Shown in pieces: positions 56,398 through 64,000 of a stretch of DNA of 64,000 bases. The position numbers were made by a program, and so were the translations under genes. The notes below the pieces were generated by a model. It was not told the origin of the DNA. It saw only the letters and a list, made by a program, of their open reading frames with translations, and searched no databases. How positions within the stretch are numbered: the first letter of the stretch is position 1; every line of letters begins with the position of its first letter. Source of the DNA: an uncultured Clostridium sp. (GTDB lineage Bacteria; Bacillota; Clostridia; Lachnospirales; Lachnospiraceae); contig CAMWYM010000003.1 in the NCBI GenBank assembly GCA_947178475.1, positions 3,358-67,357 of the forward strand, read 5' to 3'.

Positions 56398-56464
56398 GTA
56401 CATGTTTTACTGGCATAACACGGCTGACATTTACATATATATAATCCATGAAAACAAAAAATGG

Positions 56465-58102
56465 ATGCAAATTATGAAGCTTAAATCGATATGGTATCAG
56501 CTTGGGCAGGCCGTCTCTCAAAATCTGGTCATCAAGGGAACACTAATTCTTACCACTGCAGGATTTCTAACGCGTATAATCGGCTTTTATAATAGAATAT
56601 TCCTCGCCGGTTTAATCGGTGCGGCACAAATGGGAATCTATCAATTGATTTTTCCACTATATATGGTCGCCTTTTCCCTTACCACCTGCGGAAATGAGCT
56701 GGCATTGACCAAGCTGGTATCTTCATACCGAAGCCGTGGTGATATGGCAACCGCCAAAGCATTTTTCAGGGTCTGCTTTTTTGTCAACCTGATATCCGGA
56801 CTTCTGGTAAGTATTCTGATGTACAAAAACGCAGCATGGCTGTGCACACACATCCTCAACGCACCGGAATGCTCTGCCTGTCTCAAAACCATTTGCTTCG
56901 GCATTCCTTTTATGTCCATGAAAGGTGCTATCCACGGCTACTTTTTAGGTCTGGAAAATTCTGGCGTACACGGCATATCCGACCTTTTAGAACAGACTGC
57001 CAAAGTTTACGGACTATATCTTCTCGCAACCTATATCTGTATCCGCAAGCAGTACGATGCATCCTTTGCCGTATGGGGAATTGTCATCGGTGAAGTAGTT
57101 GCATTCATCTACTCTGTCGCTGCTCTTGAACTTCATAACCATAAAGCAGTCGAAAGCACAGGCTATATCGATGCAACTGTCAATAAATCCCCCTGTAATG
57201 GTATCCGAAAAAGCAGAAGCTGTACACCCCGCCCGTTGTTTCTCCATCAGATACTTCGGCTTTTCCTAAAAGACTCCGTCCCTCTTACCACCAATCGTCT
57301 CGCATTGACTGTATTACAGAGTATAGAATCCATTATGATTCCTACGGTATTACTTTTATATTATAAGGATTCCAATATCAGCCTTGCCACCTTTGGTGTC
57401 TTTTCCGGAATGGCCTTTCCGTTTATTATGTTCCCATCCACCATAACTAATTCTCTGTCCACAATGCTTCTTCCGGCAGTGTCTTCCGCAAGCTCCACCC
57501 TAAACAACGGATATCTTTCAAGACTCTGTGAAAAAAGCCTGCATTTTTGTCTATTGATTGGCATGTTTTCCACCATTACCTTTTATATTTTCGGCACGGA
57601 GATTGGTGAGGTTTTCTTCCAAAACAAAGAAGCCGGTATCTATCTGTACCAGCTTTCTTTCCTGTGTCCTTTAATCTACCTTGCCACCACTCTGGCAAGT
57701 ATTTTGAATGGTATGGGATTTGCCACCCACAATTTGGTTCTCACCGTAATTGCCACGGTTATTCGCATCAGTTTCATCAAATTACTGATTCCGCAAATCG
57801 GCATGACCGGTTATATCGCAGGTATGTTCACCAGCTATCTCTTTTTGACTCTCGCCTGTCTTAATAAGCTTGAAAAAACGATTTCCATTCGCCTGCATTT
57901 TCTGGAAAGTGTTTTTCTACCGGGCTGTGTATTTACAGCACTGGGAGCGGTCGCTTTCTTTGGCTACCGACACATCATCCCTACCCTTACCGGTAAAATT
58001 CCAGTTATCATCATCTTATTAAGCATAATTGCTCTCTACGGTATCATCAGCTTTGTTCCCTTCCTGATTACTACCTACAAGGCTTCCCGACAACCTCGTT
58101 GA
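56465..58102 (+). CDS. MOP-superfamily flippase (SpoVB / MurJ / polysaccharide-biosynthesis-protein-like)
   Basis: About 545 aa with roughly 14 hydrophobic segments. The N-terminus ..IKGTLILTTAGFLTRIIGFYNRIFLAGLIGAAQMGIYQL.. is typical. The start is at ATG 56465 or 56474. The track's upstream extension overlaps the Rrf2 gene and promoter. Confidence 0.7.
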   Translation: MQIMKLKSIWYQLGQAVSQNLVIKGTLILTTAGFLTRIIGFYNRIFLAGLIGAAQMGIYQLIFPLYMVAFSLTTCGNELALTKLVSSYRSRGDMATAKAFFRVCFFVNLISGLLVSILMYKNAAWLCTHILNAPECSACLKTICFGIPFMSMKGAIHGYFLGLENSGVHGISDLLEQTAKVYGLYLLATYICIRKQYDASFAVWGIVIGEVVAFIYSVAALELHNHKAVESTGYIDATVNKSPCNGIRKSRSCTPRPLFLHQILRLFLKDSVPLTTNRLALTVLQSIESIMIPTVLLLYYKDSNISLATFGVFSGMAFPFIMFPSTITNSLSTMLLPAVSSASSTLNNGYLSRLCEKSLHFCLLIGMFSTITFYIFGTEIGEVFFQNKEAGIYLYQLSFLCPLIYLATTLASILNGMGFATHNLVLTVIATVIRISFIKLLIPQIGMTGYIAGMFTSYLFLTLACLNKLEKTISIRLHFLESVFLPGCVFTALGAVAFFGYRHIIPTLTGKIPVIIILLSIIALYGIISFVPFLITTYKASRQPR

Positions 58103-58109
58103 CAGCTTG

Positions 58110-58150
58110 ACCGTCCGCCTTTCTTTTGAGCACTGGCAGACGGTTTTATC
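58110..58150 (+). terminator. Hairpin terminator between the convergent flippase and 4HB-HAMP genes
   Basis: accgtccgcc (58110-58119) pairs with ggcagacggt (58135-58144) with one mismatch, followed by tttatc. Confidence 0.5.
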
Positions 58151-58170
58151 TTATCTTCCCATGGCTATCC

Positions 58171-59325
58171 CTATACCTTGAACTTCTTTACCTGTTCCTT
58201 ATGGCTGTTGGCAATTTCATTCTGATAATCTGAGGTAATTCCGATCTGCTCTAAATACATTGCCACACTGCTCAGCTCTGAACGTGTCTCCTGTAAAATC
58301 TCCCTTGCTCCATCGGATTTTTTAAGCACCTTATTCAGTCTGTCAACTATTCCTTCGTCTAATGACCTGTTTTCCAAAATCTCCTTGACAACTACATCCA
58401 TTTCATCAATCACTTTTCCTGATTGCAATACATCTACATTGATATTTTCTATACGCTGACCCGACTTTCGTACCGCCATAGAAACCTCTTCTCCGGTATC
58501 ACTAAGTGTAGCTGACTCTTCAATAATCTTCTCTAAAAGCTCTCTCATCATAAACTGAGATTCGTTTAGTGCTTCCATGGTATCACCGAACTCATCATTT
58601 GCTACACTCAGAATATCATCAGATACGTCATATTCTGCAATACGTTTGGCCAAACGCTGTATCGCTGCCAGCTTACCGGTAAAATAATTACTCATAAAGC
58701 CTGCAACAATGGCAGCAACAACCACTGCCAAAGCAATGATTACTGTAATAATCCAAATAATATTTTTATATATCCGGTAGTTTCCAGCATTTTTGCTGTA
58801 TGCATTATCGGTTGACAGCTCCACTACAGCATCAATCAATTCATAAGTACATGCCTTTGCCGGCATTAGCTGCTGCTCATAAGCAGCCACAGCCATATCC
58901 ATACTGCCCTGCTGAATATAATCAATAATGGTCGCAATATGTTTGTCAAAGGTCAATATACTTAATCGGCACTGATTATACCGTCTGAGTTCTAAATCTG
59001 TCACCTCCAGCCCATCATACTGCTTCATCAAATCACTATTCTCATTCTGCAGCTTTTCAATTTCCGCTATGTATTCTTCGCCGTTGTCCTCTCCTAACAG
59101 GCTCATCATACCGATAACGCACTGGTCAATCTCTTTGACATTCTGGTTAATGGACTTTAATACCTCTACTGATTTGAGGTTATTTTCATAAATTTCATTG
59201 CCATTGGAATACACTTCCCTCAAACTGTATATTCCGGCTATTCCCACTGCCAGAATAAGTAAAACGATACCATAATAACTGAGCAGAAGTTTTTTTCGTA
59301 TACTCATCCCTGATTTTTTATCCAT
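58171..59325 (-). CDS. Membrane sensor with 4-helix-bundle (4HB_MCP-like) ectodomain, HAMP and a short coiled coil; no recognisable output domain
   Basis: 384 aa. TM1 is ..LLLSYYGIVLLILAVGIAGIY.., followed by a ~170-aa periplasmic helical domain and TM2 ..IIWIITVIIALAVVVAAIVAGF.. After a HAMP-like segment there are only ~120 aa. I could not find the conserved MCP hairpin-tip signature. Confidence 0.6.
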   Translation of the reverse strand: MDKKSGMSIRKKLLLSYYGIVLLILAVGIAGIYSLREVYSNGNEIYENNLKSVEVLKSINQNVKEIDQCVIGMMSLLGEDNGEEYIAEIEKLQNENSDLMKQYDGLEVTDLELRRYNQCRLSILTFDKHIATIIDYIQQGSMDMAVAAYEQQLMPAKACTYELIDAVVELSTDNAYSKNAGNYRIYKNIIWIITVIIALAVVVAAIVAGFMSNYFTGKLAAIQRLAKRIAEYDVSDDILSVANDEFGDTMEALNESQFMMRELLEKIIEESATLSDTGEEVSMAVRKSGQRIENINVDVLQSGKVIDEMDVVVKEILENRSLDEGIVDRLNKVLKKSDGAREILQETRSELSSVAMYLEQIGITSDYQNEIANSHKEQVKKFKV

Positions 59326-59340
59326 AACTTCTCCTCCACT

Positions 59341-60351
59341 CTACTTTGATTTTTTACCCAACGGATAAAGCAACCATTGCGTATCCTCATCATAAAGATT
59401 ATCACCATTCACATAGGTTACGCCGGTATCAATTTTTTGCTCGATAGTTTTTCCATCCAATACCTTTTTCAGATTACGCACCCCAAGATATCCCATATTA
59501 TAGGGATTCTGCACCATCATACCGTTAATAATTCCCTCTGAGAGGTAGGCAATCTCATCATCCGACGAATCAAATCCGATGATCAGAATTTTACCCTGAA
59601 GGTTTCTCTCTTTGACCGCTGCAGCAATCCCTACAGCTGCACCCTCATTCGTACCGTAAAAGCAATCCAAATCCGGATATTTATCCAAAAAATCCAGTGC
59701 CTGCTCCTTTGCAATTTCTGGGTCCCCATTACAGGACGTGGTGTCCATAATCTTTATCTTCCCCTTATATTTTGAGTCTATCTCGTCAACAAACCCTTTC
59801 GTTCTCTCTATTGCAGTCTGTGCATCCTGTACATGTACTATGATGGCAACCTTACCACGTCCACCCATCAAATCAGCCGCATTCCTTGCAGCAATAGCAC
59901 CTGCACTCTCATTACTGGTGCCAATAGTAGCCACACGTGCCGATGTTGTTATATCCGAATCCAGAGTGAGAACAGGTATTCCTCTGCTGACAGCCTCTTC
60001 CACTACTCCGTTTAAACGCTCAGTATCAAGCGGAGCCAACACAATGGCATCTGCCCCCTCCTCAATAACCTTCTTCATCATTTCAATCTGCACATCAATC
60101 TGTGATTCATCCTCAGGAGCCTCAAAGGTTACCCGGATATCCATCTCCTCACCGGCATCCATAGCCCCCTGTTCCACAGTCTTCCAAAACTCATGCTGTG
60201 CTCCCTTACAGATAACCGCAATATACGGCTTGTCATCATCATTTTGCTCTTCTGCCTGTCCGCATCCCACCATTAACATCATGCAGATAACTGCAAAAGC
60301 GGTAAATAATTTTTTAATTATATGAAGCTCGCTGCTGCTCGCGCAGGTCAT
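59341..60351 (-). CDS. Periplasmic-binding-protein type I (ribose/galactose-type sugar-binding) lipoprotein
   Basis: Lipobox ..LMVGCGQ.., and alternating beta-alpha PBP1 pattern ..IAVICKGAQHEFWKTVEQGA.., ..AIVLAPLD.., ..IPVLTLDSD.. The ATG at 60351 follows ggag. Alternative starts are at 60381 and 60411. Confidence 0.75.
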   Translation of the reverse strand: MTCASSSELHIIKKLFTAFAVICMMLMVGCGQAEEQNDDDKPYIAVICKGAQHEFWKTVEQGAMDAGEEMDIRVTFEAPEDESQIDVQIEMMKKVIEEGADAIVLAPLDTERLNGVVEEAVSRGIPVLTLDSDITTSARVATIGTSNESAGAIAARNAADLMGGRGKVAIIVHVQDAQTAIERTKGFVDEIDSKYKGKIKIMDTTSCNGDPEIAKEQALDFLDKYPDLDCFYGTNEGAAVGIAAAVKERNLQGKILIIGFDSSDDEIAYLSEGIINGMMVQNPYNMGYLGVRNLKKVLDGKTIEQKIDTGVTYVNGDNLYDEDTQWLLYPLGKKSK

Positions 60352-60385
60352 CAATCTCCGCTTTGCTCCGATTGGTGACATATTA

Positions 60386-62314
60386 TCAGGCCTTTTGTAG
60401 TAAATTTTCAAGATATCCCTCCTCCAAACGATCTATCAGTTGTTCCTTCGGCACAGGCTTGGAAAAATAATAGCCCTGCAAATAATCCGCTCCCATGGCA
60501 GTAACAATTTCTGCCATTTCCAAATCCTCAATCCCCTCCGTAACAATCTTTAAATTAATATCCTTAAACATAGATATCGTATTTTCCAGCACCATACGGG
60601 AGGTCACCTTCTTCATTGCCGCCCAAACCACATATTTATCAATCTTTACAATGGAAAAGGGCAGGTCAACCAGATAGTTAATGTTCGAGTAACCTGAGCC
60701 GTAATCGTCCAGTGAAAAAGTGACATCCATCAGGGATATCCTTGCCATATTACGAATTAGCCTCTCCTCTGAATATGCCGCAGCACTCTCCGTAATCTCC
60801 AGATTGATCATTTCAGACGGGACATTATATTTCTCCAGTACCCCCTGTATATCCTTGTAAATATTCTCCTGCATGCACTGAACAACAGAGAGATTTACCT
60901 CCACAAAATCTATACCCTTACTCTTCAAATTATACTGTTTGATAAACCGACAGACCTCTTCCAGTACAAGAATACCAATCTGTATCACAGTACCGTTTTG
61001 CTCTGCAATACGGATAAATTCCTCAGGAGACACATATCCGTATCCAGGAACATTCAGTCTTGCCAACGCCTCCATAGAATGAAAGCGGCGATTCTTTGTA
61101 TCGTAAATCGGTTGATAATGGACTTCAAACTGTCCTGCTTCAATAGATGTCATCATTGCCTGCTCAATAGCCTTACGCCGGACAATCTTGTCACCGGCAG
61201 TTTCATCCACTTCAAAATAGCTGTTCACTCCAACTGTCTTTGTCTCACTAACCGCATACTCAATAGCTGGAATCAAATCCTCTGCACTGTGATGAATGGT
61301 ATGTAGAAGACAAATACAGGCTGAAAGCTCGACATTCATATCATGCAGACGCCACGGCTTTCGGATAATTCGCCTGATACTGTCTAACTCCTTGTTTCCT
61401 TCCGTCTTCTCCTCTAAGGTAACCGCAAAAGTATCTCCCCCGAACCGAAATACTCTTTTATTCGAATATTCTTTCTGCAGACTCTCCACCAGCATGCGCA
61501 TAAGTTCGTCTCCGCCCTCCATGCCATAGACCTCGTTTACGATCTTGAAGTTATCCAGAGCAATAATGAAAATCTGCTCCAGGATATGATGTTCTTCCGC
61601 ATCTCTGACATGAAAGAGAAATGCCGTCCTGTTCAGTGCTCCTGTAGTCGTATCCAGATAATCCGTTATATTTTCACTAGTCAGATACATAATAAACACC
61701 GATGCCGTCGTCCCAACACCTGAAAGCATATAATTAGGAACAACGTATTGTATCGCTGTAGGCAAAATTGCCACAATAATCATCCAGCATGTATTCATCA
61801 CCTGCGTTCTTTTTAGTTTCTTTCTGCACGCTACAGTATAGATTATCGTAGAGACAGAATAAACTGCAGCACTGATATACAAAAAAACATACAGACTGCC
61901 ATGCTGATAGCCCGTGCTGTCAAAATAAAAGATATACCCTGTCCATACGCTGGAAATCGTCAGCAGCACACCGATATAAGCAGGCAGACAAACCAAACAC
62001 ACCCTGCCCACCTGAGTATTTGAAATTTGATGCACCTTAAAACATACATAGAAGACAAATATTGTAGGGAGCAAAAACTGCACTGACAAAAAAACAGTAT
62101 TCAACAGATAATTTACCCAAAGCGGAACAACATCGTAGTATTCAACTGTATAACAAGTAAGTACATCCAGACAAACATTGACAAAGCATGCTGACAGATA
62201 TATACGGAACATCCTTGATTGAAAAGACTCCATTATTCCTTTATTAAATGCCATAATCACCAAAAGCACAAGAAATATAATGGAACAAATTTCGTAATCC
62301 ACATTATAATACAT
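60386..62314 (-). CDS. Polytopic membrane protein with a degenerate GGDEF domain and an intact EAL domain (c-di-GMP phosphodiesterase)
   Basis: About 7 TM segments. The GGDEF-domain positions read ..LDNFKIVNEVYGMEGGDEL.. and ..RFGGDTFAV.., i.e. GGDTF instead of GG[DE]EF. The EAL motifs ..YQPIYD.., ..MEALARL.., ..EITES.., ..DDYGSGYS.., ..VKIDK.., ..EGIED.. and ..QGYYFSKP.. are all present. I prefer the ATG at 62314, which follows ggggag. Confidence 0.8.
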   Translation of the reverse strand: MYYNVDYEICSIIFLVLLVIMAFNKGIMESFQSRMFRIYLSACFVNVCLDVLTCYTVEYYDVVPLWVNYLLNTVFLSVQFLLPTIFVFYVCFKVHQISNTQVGRVCLVCLPAYIGVLLTISSVWTGYIFYFDSTGYQHGSLYVFLYISAAVYSVSTIIYTVACRKKLKRTQVMNTCWMIIVAILPTAIQYVVPNYMLSGVGTTASVFIMYLTSENITDYLDTTTGALNRTAFLFHVRDAEEHHILEQIFIIALDNFKIVNEVYGMEGGDELMRMLVESLQKEYSNKRVFRFGGDTFAVTLEEKTEGNKELDSIRRIIRKPWRLHDMNVELSACICLLHTIHHSAEDLIPAIEYAVSETKTVGVNSYFEVDETAGDKIVRRKAIEQAMMTSIEAGQFEVHYQPIYDTKNRRFHSMEALARLNVPGYGYVSPEEFIRIAEQNGTVIQIGILVLEEVCRFIKQYNLKSKGIDFVEVNLSVVQCMQENIYKDIQGVLEKYNVPSEMINLEITESAAAYSEERLIRNMARISLMDVTFSLDDYGSGYSNINYLVDLPFSIVKIDKYVVWAAMKKVTSRMVLENTISMFKDINLKIVTEGIEDLEMAEIVTAMGADYLQGYYFSKPVPKEQLIDRLEEGYLENLLQKA

Positions 62315-62431
62315 ATGTATTCTCCCCAAAATCCCTATTGTCCAGAAATTTATAGACATATTATTTATTATAATTTTTACAAGGTAATTTGTCAATAATC
62401 GGCAGAACCAGATAATTATGTCTATTTGCCA

Positions 62432-62480
62432 GAAAAAACAAAACCGCCGGATTACCTCTAATATTCAAAGTAATCCAGCG
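62432..62480 (-). terminator. Rho-independent terminator after the Big_2 surface protein gene
   Basis: On the minus strand, cgctggattac ... gtaatccggcg forms an 11-bp stem with one G-U pair, followed by gttttgtttttt. Confidence 0.7.
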
Positions 62481-62506
62481 ATTTCACTTATCTCTTTACA
62501 CCTTTT

Positions 62507-64000
62507 CTATTTTACCGTAATCTTTATCCTTTTATAGACACCGTTTTGTGCATATACATAGATATAACATGTTCCTTTTTGCTTTGCTTTTACAACACCC
62601 TTCTTATCTACTGTGGCAACATTACTATTATCTGATTCATATTTTATCCCACGATGCTGACGAATCTTCTTGTCCAGCTTCACTTCGGATGCCTTAATCT
62701 TAAAGGTTTTGGAAACTGCCAGCTTCTTACTCTTCTTATTTACCTTTACAGACTTTGCCACACCATATTTGCCGCCCTTCGTCGTTGCATGAACGGTCTT
62801 AGATGCTGCAATTGTCACCTTTACACCCTCTATGTTCTTATAGGCAACAACCAGATATTTGTAATATGTACCCTTCTTTAATTTCTTCTGTGTATATTTT
62901 ACCGTGCTGTTCTTGGTAAAGGTCTTGATGTGCTTGTAAGCATTCTTCTTACCACATTTGTTCCCATAGAGAATATACCCATCTGCATTCTTTACCTTAT
63001 CCCATTTAATAGTAACCGAATTCTTTTTCAAATTAGTGGTTCTTGCCTTTAACAGGCCAAAGGTTGAACCTTTCAAATCCGCATCTGACTTCTGTCCCTT
63101 GATGCTTGCCTCGGTAATCAGAAGAGTATCTGTCGAAACTCCTAATTTTGCTGCTTCATTAAGAATCTGATTTGCGATATCATACGATACGTTCAACCCA
63201 TTCATGATAGCTGAGGAATCGGGTGTGACAGGATCTTTGTCGTCAGGTCCGTTTGATGATACCGTTACGGTAAATTCCTTCTTATATCCCCCATCCTCTG
63301 CTGTGGCTGTAATCGTTACAGTACCCGGCTTATGACCGGTTACCTTTCCATTCTCGTCCACAGAAGCAATGGTATCATCGCTGGAGGTCCATTTGATTGT
63401 CTGGTTGGAGGCATTCTCTGGAATCACCGTCGCCTCCAAATTGACAGAACCACCGATTTCCACATTCGGATTAGACGGGGAGGTGCTCCCTATCCCGGAA
63501 ACCGATGTGGTAAATTTGATGTATCCGCATGCTTCTGCCGTTGCGCTATCCACATAATATCTTCCACTTCCATTTTCATTAAACTTAACTGCCGAATATA
63601 GTGCGTCCTTAGCAGAACCACCAATCACTTTTTCATTATCACCGGGCATGATTGCCTGTGCAGCATAAAAAGCCTGCGTAGTAACATTTTTGTTACTGTT
63701 TTCCGTGCAGGCAGTACCCTCCAAGGTTCCACCATTTACCTTAATATTACCTCCGGCATAAAAAGCCCTTGTACTGTCACCAGCTATTCCTTTCTCTGAA
63801 TATGCACTACTCTCCAAGATTCCACCATTTACCACTATATCACCTTTGGCATAAACCGTTCGCAGCTGAGCAGATCCACTGTTTGCAGTATTCACGCTTG
63901 CCTCCCCCTTCAGGGTTCCTCCATTCATCTCTATGCTGCCATCTGCATGTACTGCTTTTACATCAACAAGTACGTTGTCCCTGTTTCCGCTTACCGTACC
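62507..64000 (-). CDS. Large surface protein with beta-helix-like repeats, two Big_2 (Ig-like) domains and an Fn3-like domain; N-terminus lies outside the window
   Basis: The frame stays open upstream of the listed Met all the way to position 64000 in my own translation (..VHADGSIEMNGGTLKGE..). It has repeats of ..AFYAGGNIKVNGGTLEG.. and Big_2 signatures (..VNLEATVIPENASNQTIKWTSSDDTIASVDENGKVTGHKPGTVTITA.. and ..YESDNSNVATVDKKGVVKAKQKGTCYIYV..). An Fn3-like segment reads ..SVTIKWDKVKNADGYILY.. Confidence 0.75.
   Translation of the reverse strand, partial: GTVSGNRDNVLVDVKAVHADGSIEMNGGTLKGEASVNTANSGSAQLRTVYAKGDIVVNGGILESSAYSEKGIAGDSTRAFYAGGNIKVNGGTLEGTACTENSNKNVTTQAFYAAQAIMPGDNEKVIGGSAKDALYSAVKFNENGSGRYYVDSATAEACGYIKFTTSVSGIGSTSPSNPNVEIGGSVNLEATVIPENASNQTIKWTSSDDTIASVDENGKVTGHKPGTVTITATAEDGGYKKEFTVTVSSNGPDDKDPVTPDSSAIMNGLNVSYDIANQILNEAAKLGVSTDTLLITEASIKGQKSDADLKGSTFGLLKARTTNLKKNSVTIKWDKVKNADGYILYGNKCGKKNAYKHIKTFTKNSTVKYTQKKLKKGTYYKYLVVAYKNIEGVKVTIAASKTVHATTKGGKYGVAKSVKVNKKSKKLAVSKTFKIKASEVKLDKKIRQHRGIKYESDNSNVATVDKKGVVKAKQKGTCYIYVYAQNGVYKRIKITVK

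Noticed and set aside
59738-60325. 195-aa plus-strand ORF
   Set aside because: It is antisense to the sugar-binding lipoprotein gene. Its serine/alanine/isoleucine-rich composition is typical of an antisense frame.
1-64000. Prophage, integrative element, toxin-antitoxin or defence island
   Set aside because: I recognised no integrase, transposase, recombinase, phage structural, restriction-modification, Cas, Abi, retron or TA-like ORFs. All sizeable ORFs are accounted for by housekeeping or surface-protein calls.

Overview
This 64-kb window is from a low-GC Firmicute. Gene content and order look Clostridia/Lachnospiraceae-like, but that taxon call is inference only. I support about 60 intact, tightly packed CDSs, and all but two are on the minus strand. 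In transcription order (high to low coordinates) the blocks are as follows. (1) A truncated Big_2/Fn3 surface protein. (2) A c-di-GMP sensory cluster: a degenerate-GGDEF/EAL membrane protein, an orphan sugar-type binding lipoprotein and a 4HB-HAMP protein. (3) A SpoVB/MurJ-like flippase on the plus strand. (4) Rrf2-nifS-nifU-mnmA. (5) A BspA-type LRR surface protein. (6) A CobW-type GTPase pair behind a Fur/Zur-like box. (7) fabH-fabD-fabG-fabF-fabZ, running directly into apbE, a NusG-II protein, a Gx transporter and rnfCDGEAB. (8) Nucleoside salvage genes (pdp, punA, mtaD) interleaved with peptidoglycan enzymes: two DD-carboxypeptidases, an L,D-transpeptidase and an M23 peptidase. (9) A small alarmone synthetase, RsmF-like and RluA-like RNA-modification enzymes, mutL, miaA and ynbB. 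(10) DUF4321-mreC-mreD-PBP2-minCDE-rodA-mgsA-dacA. (11) yggS-sepF-divIVA-lspA-rluD-yqeK-rsfS and a truncated HD-GYP protein. I found no rRNA or tRNA genes, CRISPR arrays, transposases, integrases, phage genes or recognisable defence genes. I do not see a convincing new multi-gene system. The most unexplained signal is a family of related intergenic repeats. Three copies end about 13-16 nt upstream of a start codon inside otherwise compact operons, and one copy carries a ~209-bp nested palindrome flanked by 14-bp direct repeats. Secondary points are a giant repeat-bearing DivIVA, the zinc-type CobW module and the output-less sensory cluster. All calls come from by-eye motif recognition on the supplied ORF track and sequence, with no database search.
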